A DNA stretch of 64,000 bases from Neocallimastix sp. 'constans' (taxonomy: Eukaryota), in the NCBI GenBank assembly GCA_050613775.1, contig JBODTK010000101.1, forward strand, positions 310,001 to 374,000, written 5' to 3'. This document shows, one piece after another, positions 14,802 through 29,972 of this stretch. The notes under the pieces were generated by a model. The model was given only the letters and a program-made list of their open reading frames with translations. It had not been told where the DNA came from and ran no database searches. Within the stretch, counting starts at the first letter, position 1. Every line of letters begins with the position of its first letter. The translations under genes were made by a program, and so were the position numbers.

Positions 14802-16618
14802 TAATATATTAAATATTTTAAATAAATTGAAATGAATAATCCATCAAAATAAATGAAAATATATTTATGATAAAAATTTTTTTACTCTTTATTTATCATA
14901 TACAATATTTTTATTTTATTTATTATATATTTATTCATTTATTTATTGTATTATTTACATATTTATATATCTATTCATTTATTTATAAATATGATATTAT
15001 CAATAATTCATACATAATATTTACCTATCTTTTTTATAATCTTTATTGTATTTATTTAATATATATTATTAGTTTTATTTATTGAATGCTTAATAGAGTA
15101 ATATTTAATATTAACAAAAATACAATAAAAAAAAAATATGAAAATATTCAATTTTTAAGAAGATAAATATTTATATGAATAGTTAAATTATACTAATTAT
15201 AACTACTAAATATTTATTATATTTATTATATTAAAAGTATGTGTGTATATAAATATATTTAAAGCTATAAATTATAAATTATATATTATTATACACCTTC
15301 ATTATTATTAGTGTAAAAATTATTTTTAATATTTTTCAGTTTTGTAATAATATTATCCTTTATGTTACTATTGGAATTAGAATTATTGTTATTTAGGATT
15401 AGAATTTTCTATATTATTTCTTATAAATATGATATTAGAATATATAGTTGAAGAGAATATGATTGTTTTTATAGAGTTATAAATTGTCAAAACTTTTGAA
15501 AAGTTTTCCCCTTAATTTTGAATTAGAATTATTAGGTATATTATAACAGTGAATATATATTATTTCAAAACTTTGTTTATAAGAATTATTTGGTGTTATA
15601 TTTTGATATAAAATAAATATATGTAGTAACATACTTTTATATTTATTAAATTTATATCTTTTTTGATAATAATTATTTTATTTCATTTTATGTATTATTA
15701 TATATTACTTATTTCTTATAAATCGATTAAATTATTTACATAGAAATGGAAGACTCTTGTAAATTTTAGGAATTAGTATTATTATTTTAATTGTAATACG
15801 AATATTATAGTTTTATTAATAAATTTTACTAAACTACAATTATTTAAAACCCGCTGCTTATAAATTATTGCACATAAAAGTCCCGCATATCAATTTCATA
15901 ATCATGTGATTTTAAATCAAAACCTTGATTATGAGAGTTATTTGGTATCATATTATATTTTATGATCATAGATACATTTTTATTATGTTGATAATGTTCA
16001 GATCAATTAGTATAGTATATAAATATTATTATTAATAAATTTAAATATCATAATTTTATTTTACTTTTCTTAAAAAAAAAAAAAAAACCTTTGCATAGAA
16101 CAAGATAAAAATTGCATATATTAAATAGGATAGATATTTAAAATAAGGCTTTTTCACTTTCATAAAAATTATAGTATATTTGATTCATAAATATTTACAT
16201 ATAAAAAAAAGTCATAATTTTTTTATTTTTTAAATTATTATAAAAAATCAATAATTAATATTACTGTAAATTATACAAATTATATTAAGCTTTTCACTGT
16301 TAACATTAATATAATTAAAAATAAAAAAAAAAAAAATTTTTTTTAACAATGTTATATATTTAATAAATCACAATAAAAAAAATTAAATCAGATTTTATTA
16401 TATTTTAATTAATGATAATTATTTCTATCAATGGATAATACATTTTCATTGATTATTATTAAATCAAATAAATTTTAAATGCATAAAATCAAAAATTAAA
16501 TATATATTATATATCAATTCATACATAAATATATGTATTTCTAAAAACAATTTATCAACTATATAATTTTTAATAACTATGATAAAAAGATTTTTTTTTT
16601 TTTTGTTTTGTTTTGTTT

Positions 16619-16853
16619 TTGTTTTTATTTACTATTTAAACCATGATAATTGTTTTATTATAATTATATTTATTCATTTATTATTTTTATTTTTATTTTA
16701 TTTTTATTTTTATTATTATTATTATTAATCTTTAATTGTTTTTATTTACTATTTAAACCATGATAATTGTTTTATTATAATTATATTTATTCATTTATTA
16801 TTTTTATTTTTATTTTATTTTTATTTTTATTATTATTATTATTAATCTTTAAT
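16619..16853. repeat. Tandem duplication of a ~118 bp unit (2 copies)
   Basis: TTGTTTTTATTTACTATTTAAACCATGATAATTG...ATTAATCTTTAA occurs back to back at ~16619 and ~16737. Confidence 0.9.
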
Positions 16854-17348
16854 AAATTTAAATTTATATTTCTCTATAACTAAAAACGAATTACGAATTA
16901 TTTTATTTTTTTTTTTTTAAACTTTTTAAAAATACTTATATTTATTTAATCTAATTATTATTGCTATTGTTTATATTTTTCAATTATTAGTATATTTTTA
17001 ATATAAGAATTCTATATTTCTTTTATATAAAAGTATACTACCAATTTAATACTAATAAATTACTAATTATTAATTAAATATATATATATTATTAACAATA
17101 TTATCATTCTATAAATTTATTAATTATAATTATATATATATTTCTATAAATATTTTTCTTTTTTTCTTTATTTTTTTTTTTTTTAAATATGAAAAAAATA
17201 AGAAAAAAGAAATTTTTAAAAGATAAAAAGAAAAAAAATAAACATATATATTTATATATATATAAAAAAAAAAAAAAGAAGTTAAAATAAAAATTGGAAA
17301 TCATGATAAATAAATAAAAATGACTTAACATTTTTATTTATCATTCCT

Positions 17349-17386
<38 letters not shown>

Positions 17387-17675
17387 ATACCATAATCATT
17401 ATAAATCTTAATTTTTTCTATTAATCTTTTGATATTATTATTAAGTTTAATTTATAAATATATTTAATGAATTTATAATTATATTAATATATTAATATCA
17501 ATATTAAAAGAATTAATATTATTTTGGATAAAAATTAATAATTATAGTGATTATAATATTTTATAACCTTGTTTATCTTTTAAAATAACGAAGGTTTTTA
17601 AATATTGTTCATATCTATTTATATATATATTTAAATAATAATTATATTGAAATTTAATATACAAAAATAATACGT

Positions 17676-17706
<31 letters not shown>

Positions 17707-18263
17707 GGATTTATTATATAAATTCATCTATATATTAAATATAATAATTATTATTAGTAGTATCATTATTTTTCTATAAAATAAATTTTGTACTATTAAA
17801 TTATATAAATTTATCATACTGCACTCCCTTTATATCATACTTTTGATTATGATTTTCTGTTTTTTTTTTTTTTTTTTTTTATTTATTACTTTTAATTTTC
17901 TGATTAAAATTAATTTTTATTTTAATTATATTTACTATATTAAATGAATTTGTATTTCTATATATTAAATAAAAAAGTATAATGGATTGGCACATCATAA
18001 AATTAAAATCTTACTGTTTCTTCTTTACTAAAATTTTTTAAGCTAATTTTGAAATCTCCAATTCTTTAATAATCATTATATATAGATATTCATTTTGTGA
18101 ATATTATCTTCTTATTTATTATTAACTTTTTTCGTTTTTTGTTTTTTGTTTGTTTATGAAATAAATATGTAGTTTTAATATATAATAATGAATAATAAAT
18201 AATTTATGATTTTATTATAATTAAAAAAAAATTGTATATCTATGTTGATATATATAAATATAT

Positions 18264-18294
<31 letters not shown>

Positions 18295-18405
18295 AAAAAA
18301 AAAACTATTTTTTACTTAATAAAATATTTTATTTTTCTCTTTTTTTTTTTATTTTATTTTTTTTTTTTTATTATTATTTTATTTGTTACTTATTTATTAA
18401 ATAAA

Positions 18406-20312
18406 TTATTGAGGAGGTCTTGGTCCCATTGGGGGACGAGGCATTCTTTGTGAAATACCATTTACATTTGGACTAACTGGTCTTGGACTTCTTGATGGTG
18501 GAATTCTCGGTGAGACACCACCAGGTCCAGTTTGTATTTGTGGATGAGACATTTGTCTTGGTGGAATTTGACCACTTGGAGAACGTTGTGGTGGAGGTGG
18601 ATTATAAGTTTGACTTCTAGGTAGTACAACTGGAGCACCACCATTTGTATGGGGAGCTGGAGTAGTCATTGTATGTTTTAATTCACCACCAGGAGGTATA
18701 TTTTGTGGTTCCTCTCTCATTGGTTGTGGTGGAAATGGTCTAGCTTGCATTGCACTTCCTTGACGCTGTGGAACTGGAGATGGGAAAGGACGAACATTTG
18801 GACTGGCACCTCTTGGTGGAACATTTATTGGTGAAGGTATTGGTCCACCTTGTCTTGGTGGAATTTGTACTCCCGGAGCTGGTCTTATTGGAATTGGTGC
18901 AGTTGCAGATCTTTGTAAGGGTGGTGGTCTTGCTGGACCACCCATTGGTGAACCTTGTGGAGGTCTTGGGCCACCCATTGGATCACCCATTGGAGCACCC
19001 ATTGGAGCACCCATTGGAGCTGGATAATTTTGTTCCTATTTATTTCAACAAATATATATATATTAATTTTTCATATTTTAATTTCAGTTTTTAAATTTTT
19101 CAAAATAAAAATGCTTTTAATCGTACCCTTGGTGTTGGTTTATATTGAAGCTTTAAAAATACATCTCTAAATATAATATTATATACATAATAAATAAAAA
19201 GTAAAGTAAAAATCAATAAATATTATCATCTTTATTCTACTATAAGTTATAAATTATATAATATTCAATATTTACCCCTTATGACGATCTTTTATTATTA
19301 AGAAAAAAGAACATGTAATTATATATATTATTATTTATTATTATAACGTTATAAAATTTATAAAATTTATTATTAAGAAAAAAGAACAGGTAATTATATA
19401 TAATTATTTATTATTAATGTTATAAAATTTATAAATATCACAATTTATATTAATTATATATAATAAATTTTATAAAAACATACTTTTATGTGGATGAATA
19501 ACTGGAACCCACATTTCAGCATAGCCTATATTTCATTATTATTATTATTATTTGTTATTGCAGTGGAAGTAATAGCATTAATATTATCATTGTAATTATT
19601 ATTATCACTATTTATTTTAATATTATTATTATATATATATATAATACCTTTTTGGAAAATTGGTTTTAAATCAACCTTTATATCTCCGATAAATTCATCT
19701 TCAGAAATTTCTTTTCCCATAACTTTTCCATTTAAAACATCTCTTCCTTTAATGATTTCAAATTCAATTAAATCATTCCATTCTGATATATCATTTTTAT
19801 CAATAAAATTTTATATGTTATAAAATATCAAACAAATATACATATATATTTACTTATTTATTTATTTATTTTTATAATATATATATATTGATTATTATTC
19901 AAAACAATTTTCTTACTTGGATTCTTTCCTTTTCCTTTACTAACTTTAGTTTTTTTCTTCATATGGTCGATTTGAAAAGTAATATATGGATTAACTGTTT
20001 AATATATTAATAATTAATTTATTAATTTTTTTTTTTAAAAAAAAAATATGAAAATAAAAATATCATGTTTCAATTATTAATAATTTGAAATTCAACAATT
20101 ACCGGAAAACATAGATCTTCCTTTTATTTCCTTTCCTCCAACCGCTATTTATAATTATTTTATTATAAAGAAAAATATTTTAATATAATTCATTACATAA
20201 ATCATAGAATAATAATTACTTTTCAATAAAAAAAATTTTTTTTAATCAAATGAAAAAAAGAAAATAACTAACCAAGAACGGATAACATTCCAAGGGTTGT
20301 TCTATATTCCAT
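18406..20312 (-). CDS. C2-domain plus proline-rich protein, Inn1/Fic1 (cytokinesis ingression protein)-like; 8 exons
   Basis: ATG at 20312. The spliced N-terminus reads MEYRTTLGMLSVLAVGGKEIKGRSMFSVNPYITFQIDHMKKKTKVSKGKGKNPKWNDLIEFEIIKGRDVLNGKVMGKEISEDEFIGDIKVDLKPIFQKGYAEMWVPVIHPHKNRHKGDVFLKLQYKPTPR, a C2 domain. The last exon (~19035-18406) is a PxxP-rich tail. All introns are GT-AG and phase-compatible. Confidence 0.8.
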
Positions 20313-21422
20313 TTTGGTTTATATCTAAATAAAATTTTAATATTCTTTTTTTAATTTTCTTTTTTTCTACTTTTTTTTATAATATTTTTTATAAAGAAAT
20401 CTGAAATATGTAATATATTTTTTTTAAATAAAATAAACAATTACAAAACAAGGTAATATAATAATAATAATAATAAAAAAAAAAGATATTAATATTATTA
20501 ATATTATACTTCATTTTTTAATGTTTAATAAGTCTCCGTAATATATATTTATTTTAATATTAAAGAAAATAATAAAGAAATAAATATTGATATTTTATAT
20601 TTACTTTTGTTCTATTTAATAATAATAATAATTGTTAAAATTTATGTTTTGTCAAATTATTATTATTAATATTATCGTTTTATTATAAATTTATGGTGTA
20701 TAAAATTAAAACTAATTCTATGAGTTTTAATAAATATTTTATTTATGTTTAAAAAAAAAAATCTTGTATTTTTTTTTTTTTTTTTTATGTTTTATTTTAT
20801 TGTATTTTTGTATTATAGGTTATTTTTTGTTTCGAAAAAATATAAAAAAAGTATGGATATATGTATATAATAAAATATATTTGAATATTATATATAACAT
20901 ATATTATTTTATAGATTATATTATAAATATATACAATTATATAGCTTTATTATTACAAATTATAATTATTATAATTATTATTATTAGTAGTAGTAGTAGT
21001 AGTAGTAATATATTAAATATATTAAATAATAATAATTTCTAGTTTTTTATTCATTAATCTTAATAATATTAGTATAAATTTATTATATTCATTAATTATA
21101 TATAATTTTTATTTATTATTATTATTTTTTATTTTACTTTTATATTAGATTATACTTAACATTAGTTTTTATATATACTTCTATTATATTAATTATAAAT
21201 TAATTAAATATATTTTTAATTATTATCATATTAAAAAAAATTATTAATCAATTATTGATATATTTAATATATTAATAGATTTAATAATAATAATTTAGTT
21301 AACTGTAATATTATATGTTATATATAAACTATAATGATGTTTAAAGATATTTATGTATTTTATAATAAGTTTTATTATTATTACTATTATATTATTATAA
21401 TTATTATTATTATTATTATTAC

Positions 21423-21459
<37 letters not shown>

Positions 21460-22651
21460 TTGTGTAGTCATTTTTTCAAAGGTAATTATATTAAAAAAAC
21501 GAATATTATTAAAAATAACTACCCTAAATTGATGCAAGTATTGAACCTTTATTTAATAAAGGTTTCACAGTCTATTGAAGAGTAAGGAGGAACCTCAACA
21601 ATATAGGACCTATCTATCTATTTATTAAAGTTTATATTATATAAAAAATGTTAATATACATAATGATTAACGTTACTCATTCAAACATACTAATTTAATT
21701 AATGAAATTATAAAATCTGTTCTAAATGAATTTACGTAGAGTAATCTTTTTATTTAAAATTTTAATTTTGGTTATTTTTTTTTCTTAAATTATTATAAAA
21801 AAAAAAAAGTATAGTTATATTAATCATAAAAATGAAATTGGTTTAATGATTGATTAATTGTTAAAAAACTAATATATTATTTGTTGTTAAAATTATAATT
21901 AAATTATAAATAAACTTAATTTAATATTTAAAATTTAAGATGATGAAATTATCAAATTATTTTTATAAATTATCTTGAATCAGTATATTAAAATAAAATA
22001 ACATTTTAAAAATTTAAATATGATTGCAAAAAAAAAAAATATATAATAAAGAAAAAGTTTGAAATATATTCTAAATTTTTTCTTGCTTTATTAGGTTTTT
22101 ATTTTTTTTTATTTTTTTTTTTTGTTTCATTTTGTTTTTGCTTTTTGTCGTTTTTTCTTTTTGAAAAACATTTATGAAAACATTATAATTTTTTATATGA
22201 AAATATTTTTAATTATTCATATATAATATATTAATTATTGAAGGTTTTATTGATAATAATATTATTATTCTTTTAATCATTAAATAAATAATCAATTATT
22301 TTACTTTACATATGTGATATATATATAACATAATTGATAATATATAAAATATAGTATTATAATAAAATATATATATATAAAATTAATGAAAATGATAATA
22401 ATATCATTATTAAATAAATAAAAAAAATAACTCACATTTATAATTTATACAGACTTAATTTTTTGATATAAATTAATAAATTATTTTTATTTTTTATTTA
22501 ATCATTTTATAGTTAAATAAATGAATTTCCTTTTATATTATTTTATTATTATCAATATAGTTTATTATAATATAAAGTTTCTTATATAACACATTGCACA
22601 GATATATATGTAAACAAAACCTTTGAGAATTAATATATAAAATTATTATTA

Positions 22652-22930
22652 TTTATTTATTATTTATTATTTATTAATATTTATTATATTTGTTATATTT
22701 GTTATTATTTATTATTTATTATTTATTATTTATTATTTATTATTTATTATTTATTATTTATTAATATTTATTATATTTTTTATATTTGTTATTATTTATT
22801 ATTTATTATTTATTATTTATTATTTATTATTTATTATTTATTATTTATTATTATTTATTATTTATTATTTATTATTATTTATTATTTATTATTTATTATT
22901 TATAATTTATTATTTATTATTTATTATTTA
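22652..22930. repeat. Degenerate (TTATTTA)n heptamer array
   Basis: Tandem 7-mer with two interrupted higher-order blocks. Confidence 0.85.
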
Positions 22931-23639
22931 CTATTATAAATACTAATTATATGTAATATATTAATTATATATAATTAAAGCTGTTTCACAGATTATTAAA
23001 AGTTATAATAATAATTTCATATAATTTCATAGATGATGAATTTAATATTAAGAATATTAAATTTAATATAAATATTAAAAGTTTTTATTTTATAATATTA
23101 ACTGATTTAATATTTTAAATTATGAAATATATTTTGTGTATTTATATATATATTTATTAATATTAAAAAATATTTAATTATAAGTATGTCATGAAATTCA
23201 TACTAATTATATATTAGTTGCACAAATGAACACAGAATAAATAAATTTCTACTTTTATTTATTTTTCATGTATCTTAATTATCATAAAAACAATTACTTC
23301 ATTATTTGAATAACTTCTACTACCGTTTAAATATTAATTTATTTCAAATTTTTAAATAATTTTTTATTATTTTATTATTCTTTTTTAAATATATTATTAA
23401 TTGAATAATAATAAAATAAATACTTTTAATATATTTTAATGTAAAAATAAAAAATAATAAATAATAAATAATAAATAATAAATAATAAATAATATTAATT
23501 TAACAATAAAAAAATAAAAAATAAAAATAAAATCGGTTTAAATGTATAAATAAAATGGTGTATATATTTTCAATAATTATATTAATGCTAAATAATTTTT
23601 AAAGATATTTTAATTTAGTTAAATTGAATATACTATCAT

Positions 23640-23677
<38 letters not shown>

Positions 23678-23925
23678 TATTATTATTATTCTTATAACAT
23701 TATCCAAATTTAAAATCCATATTATACTATTATTAGAGCCCAATATATTAAAAAAAATGTTTTTGTTGTAGTATTATCATCTAAAATTTAAACATCGTAA
23801 TATAAATTGATACAATTAGAAGAAATACAACAAAATAAAAATATTTGGATAAGAAATAACCTTAAAATCAAATAATAATTTTAATTATAAAATCAAATAA
23901 TAATTTTTTTTATGTTGCTATTATT

Positions 23926-23973
<48 letters not shown>

Positions 23974-24182
23974 AAATTTAATTAATTTGTTTATTTTATA
24001 AATTTAATAAATTTAATAAATTTAAAGTTTCAATTGACTGCCAAAGAAAAAAATTCAAAACTTTAAAATTTATAAATCAAAAAAAAAAAAAAAAAAAATA
24101 TTTAAGACTGTTCTTTAAAATTATGAATATAAAAATATTTTTTTAACAGTTAATTAATTTAAAAATCTATTATGAATCAATA

Positions 24183-24213
<31 letters not shown>

Positions 24214-24328
24214 TACTTATTTTTTATTTTCTGTTAAAAAAAGAAAAATATATATATATAAATATAAATTCATTTGTTAACATTTAAACATTTATAAATA
24301 TTGTAGATGAAATACTTATTAATATAAA

Positions 24329-24883
24329 ATGGATGACAACTCCTATGTTCTTGTATAGATAGATATATTTTATTTTTTATTTAAAAGCAGAAAAATAAAA
24401 TAAATAATAACAAATAGAAAAAACAATATATATAATTATATATGAACATAAATATATGATTAATTATTTCAAAATATATAAATATATTATTATTTATAAT
24501 TAATTTTTAGAATTATAAATGGGCATTTGGTCTTAATCACAGAATTAAGAGTGGTATACAATATTTAACAAGTTCAAATAGAGATGTAAATGAACAAGAA
24601 AACCTAATACATATAATTATTCATATGTTCAAAATTATTAAATATTAATATAAATGTAAATTATTTTGAAAAAATTATAATTTTTTTCAATTATAGCAAA
24701 TACTATATGCTTCTGCACACACTGGTGTTATTTATGATTATGAAAGTAAAAGACAATATCTATTAAGAGGACATGTATGAAAAAACAATAAAAAAAATAT
24801 TTATATATAATTAATTTCAATGATATATCAAATTAATTTAGATAATAAAAATTATTAATTATTGTTGTTTTTGTTATTCTGAG

Positions 24884-24963
<80 letters not shown>

Positions 24964-26618
24964 TATTATTATTATCCCAATATAATTAATATTTGATATT
25001 TATTTATTTATTTTTTATTCTTTTTTTTTTTTTGTTCAAAAAAAAAAAAAAAAAAGTGTAATACTATTACGAGTTTATGTAAAAGTCGTGATGATCATTG
25101 GGTAGCAACAGCTGATTCAGGTCCAGATTCCTTAATTATAGTATGGGATACTCAACCATCCCTAACACTTAAACAAGAACAAGAATATCAACAACAAATG
25201 TTAAGAAATCAAAAAAATACCCTTAATAATAGTCAAGAAAAAGAAACTAATAATGATGCCATCAGTAGAGAATCAAGTACAGATACAATTGATTTTGAAA
25301 CATTAAGAAATAAAAATAAAAATGAAAGTCTTTTAGATATTCCTGGAAATGAAGAAAATAATGATAATGATGAAGAGGAGGAGGATGAGGAGGAGGATGA
25401 GGAGGAGGATGATATTGAAGAAGAAATTAATAAAATTACAAAAGATAATGATAAAAATGACAATGAAACACGTAAAACAGAGGATAGAGAGAATGATAAT
25501 TCAAAGCAAAGTGTTGAAGAAGAAACAATAAATGATAAAAGTTTAAATACTTCTAGTACTGAAACAACTGTCACTGAAAATGATAAAAATAAACCATCTA
25601 CAGAAGATACTAATAAAACTGAATCAGAAGATGAAAAGAATACCAATATCAAAGAAGAAGGTAATGTTTCAACTGATATAGTGGAACCAATTAATAATGA
25701 TGAAAAAAAAACTGATTCAAATCCAACAGAAGATAAGGTAGAATTAATAGATGAGGTTGATAGTATATTTGATAGTAAAAAATCATTAGCAAATGATTTT
25801 ATCAAAAGAAAAGGAAGTAAATTTCATAATGGCTATAATGATGAGACAGATGATATCGATTTTCTTCCTATTAAAACTATTATTAATCCTCATCATAATT
25901 GCGGTGTAGTTGCTATGAAAATGTCAAATGATTCAAAATATTTAGTTACCCTTGGTGCTGGTAAAAATTATACATTTTTTTTTTATTTTATAATATATTA
26001 CGATATAAATTAATAAAAAATATATAATTTTTGTATTTAAAATAAATCATTTATATTCATATGCGACTTTATATTATATATAATATGATTATTAATAATT
26101 AAATATATATAAGATTCCCCACAAACATTATGTATTTGGAATTGGACAACTGAAGATAAAGAACCACTCTTTGAATTTGAATTATCCGGTGAAAAACAAG
26201 TAAATAAAGGAATATAATATATAATATTTCATTTTTTAATATTAAATATAATAAATATTTAAATATTGATATATTATTATTATTATTTATACTCTAATAC
26301 TATTTATAAAAAAGAATTTTGTCGATTTTAATTCTTCAAATCCATTTGAAATAGTTACAAATGGAATAACAACAATCTACTTTTACACTTGGGACTTAGA
26401 AGATGGCATTAAACAATATACTCCAACAATGAATTTAAAGTAATAATTTAATTTAAGAAAAAAAAAAAAAATATATATATATATATATATAGATAGATAG
26501 ATATTAACATATAAACATATATATAGAGAGAGATATAAATATATTTATATATATATGTATTGATTAAAATTTATAATAATATATTACAAATTAATATTAA
26601 TTCAAAAATCTATATTTA

Positions 26619-26701
<83 letters not shown>

Positions 26702-29700
26702 ATAAAAAAATATTATGATATTATAGAGAATTAGCTAATTATAAAATTAAATTTACTTATACTATATTTATTCCAAATACCCAAAAAGCCCTAAGTGCTA
26801 CAGAATGTGGAAGTATTGTACTGTGGGATAATTGTGTTTTAATGAATTTATCAAAAAAATTAGAGCATGGAAAAAAATCTGCTATTAAAATAATGAAGTA
26901 ATATATATATATATTAAAAAAATCTCTGTATATTTATGTAATATTCATAATATTAATATATATTTATAATATAAACAATAAAATATTTTTCTATAATTAT
27001 TTTTATTTTTAAAAAAAATATAATAAAATAAAAAAATAAAAAGATTACATAATGGACCGATTAATGTCATTGATATTATAAATAATAAATACTTTATAAC
27101 AGGAGGTGAAGATGGATTTATTAGAATATATGATTTCCAAGTAATGAAATAAATTGAATATCAATAATTTAATATTAATTATTAAAAATGAAAACTTTTT
27201 CTTATATATATAATAGTAATAATAATAATTAATATATATATATTAATAAAATATATCTCTCTAAATATTCATAAAATTATAGTATCGATTGTATATTTGG
27301 TTAGAAAAAATCAATGCTGGACCAGTTCTTTCTATATCATTTAATAAAAATAGACCAGGACCATGTAAATATATTACATTATCAAAAAAATTAATAATAA
27401 TGAAATAAAATAAAAATTATAATACTAATTGAAGCTATTTTTAATATACATATTTATATATATAAAAATTATAATTATATTATTATTATTATTATTATTT
27501 AAAAAAATATTTTTTAATATTATATTTATTAATATATTCAACTTATTTGTATTTTTTTTTATCACTTATAAATTATAAAGCAATTATAAATAGTATTAAT
27601 ATACCTGACTTTATGGTTTTAACCAAACACTCAAAAATTATACATATATATAATGGAGAAGATGATGATACCAATAAAAAAATGATGAATGCTAGTGATT
27701 CTATTACATTAAGTTCTTCGAACGAAAATAATAATGAATTAAATACTTTACTGGAACAAAATGGATCAAAAGCTCAATTTGAAACTAATTCTACTAATGA
27801 AAAATTAAGCGAACAAAATAAAAGTTCACCTAATTATGATATTGATAAATTTATTACAATATCAAAGGTAAAATTATTTTATATTAAAACAAAAAATAGA
27901 ATATTTTATAAAAGAAAATGGAAAAAATAAAAAAAAAATAAAATAAAATAAAATGAAATATTAATTTTATAATTTTTAATTTTAACTTTTTTATAGTTCC
28001 CTCAATTTAATATAATACTTGAAACGCAATATGAAAAAGTATCTTCAATAGAAACTCACCCATTAAAGCCAGAAATTTCTGTTGCTGGCTATAGTGGTAA
28101 AATATATTTTTATTTTTTTTTTTTTTTGGTTAATTTTTTTTTTTTTGTTAAAGTCTGATATGTTATTTTTGTTCTATATTGTATTAAATTTTTTTTTATT
28201 TTACTTTTCTTTATTTTATTTTTTTTTTTTAAAAAAATAAAAATAAATATTTATAAATTTTTAATAATAATATATAATAAATTATTGAATATTTTTATTA
28301 TTTAAATTATAATAAATTAAATGAAATAGGTTTACTTCAAGTCTACAATTATTTGACAAAAGAATTAATTGCCCAAAGATTATTTGAATATGAAGAAGAA
28401 AAAAAAGATGATGAAAAAAATAGTAAAGAAAAAATCATAAATAATTTATTGAGAAGAAAACAATACATTAAAAAAATAAATAAAATTGAATCTATTGCTT
28501 ATTCTACCAAAGGTTCATGGATTGGTAATGTCATATTCATTTAATAAATATTCAAAATTAAAAATTCAAATGACTGTTTTTATATTGTTTAAAATTTAAT
28601 TAATATTATATATATTAATTTTATTTTAAATTATAATAATAATATTAATATTAATAATTATAATTATAATAATAATAATAATAATAATTATAATTATAAT
28701 AATAATAATTATAATAATCTTTTTTTTTATATATATATTGATAAAAAATAAATATAAATATTATAATGGAAAGCGGTGGGATTTACGAACGGTTTAATTA
28801 AAATTGTTGATTCAGAAAAATTAGAAGATATATTAAATACTCCTGATAAATCACTTCTAATATGTAGTACTCAGAAACCCATTACACAATTAGTATGGTC
28901 CATGGATGATTCTATATTAGCTGCTGCAGATGCTGATAATGCTGTATCTATAGTAGTCAGAGAAGATGCCAGCTTCAATAAAAAAAAAATTGATCTTAAT
29001 TTTAAGCCAGTAGAAATTCATGGTAAATGTCTCAGTATATTTAAAGATGTTGAGGAAAGTAACAATAATACTAAAAACTATTATATGGGAGATGAATCTC
29101 TTAAATATGAATGGAATTTCATTGGAAGATATCAATCTCATTGGAAAAAAATTATAAGTAATTAAAATAAAAAAAAATTTATTATATAGTATTAATATAG
29201 TTTAATAATTTATGTATTGATAAATGACCATATAAATTAAACTAATTTATTTTTAAAAATATATTGTATTTTTGATATATATATATATATATATTTAAAA
29301 AAAATTCTTTAAATATAAAATAGAGATTTTATTTGTACCATCAAATCCTCCACGTTTACTTTCATTAGGTAAAGATAGAATGATTGTTGAATATGATTTA
29401 GAAAAATCAAGTTTCGTCGATGGTGTAAAAATTAAGGTAATAATAATAAAAATGTAATATTAGAAAAAAAAAAAAAATAGGTGATATTAATTTTTATAGT
29501 AATGGTTAATATTAATTGTAGTAATAATTAATATATATATAATATTGATTGATTTATATTTTCGTATATATTATTTTTGTAAAAAAACTTTTTTTTAAAC
29601 TTATGAATAGGTTAAAAAGCAATTAGAGCAAACCTCAGTACCGTCAGCATTATGTTTAAACAACTCAATATCAGATTATAATAACAATGAGGATTTCTTT

Positions 29701-29918
29701 ATATCTGCTAATGAAGATTATAAATTAAAACTTTTTAATTGTAATACCTTTTTATGTAGAAAAACAGTAATGAGTCCAAATTACGGTAGCCCAATTAATA
29801 AGTAATTTACTATAATAAATATATCAATATAATAGTAAAAGTTATTTAAAAATTGAGAGTTACAAATAATTTAGAATTTTTGTCTATTTGTTAATCGAAA
29901 ATTCTTTCTTTCTTTCTT

Positions 29919-29972
<54 letters not shown>

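Noticed and set aside
15280..16010. Slightly more complex intergenic stretch, possible old transposon remnant
   Set aside because: No ORF, termini or matching repeat could be identified.
25233..25805. 190-aa Ser-rich antisense ORF
   Set aside because: Shadow of the acidic CFAP251 exon on the opposite strand.
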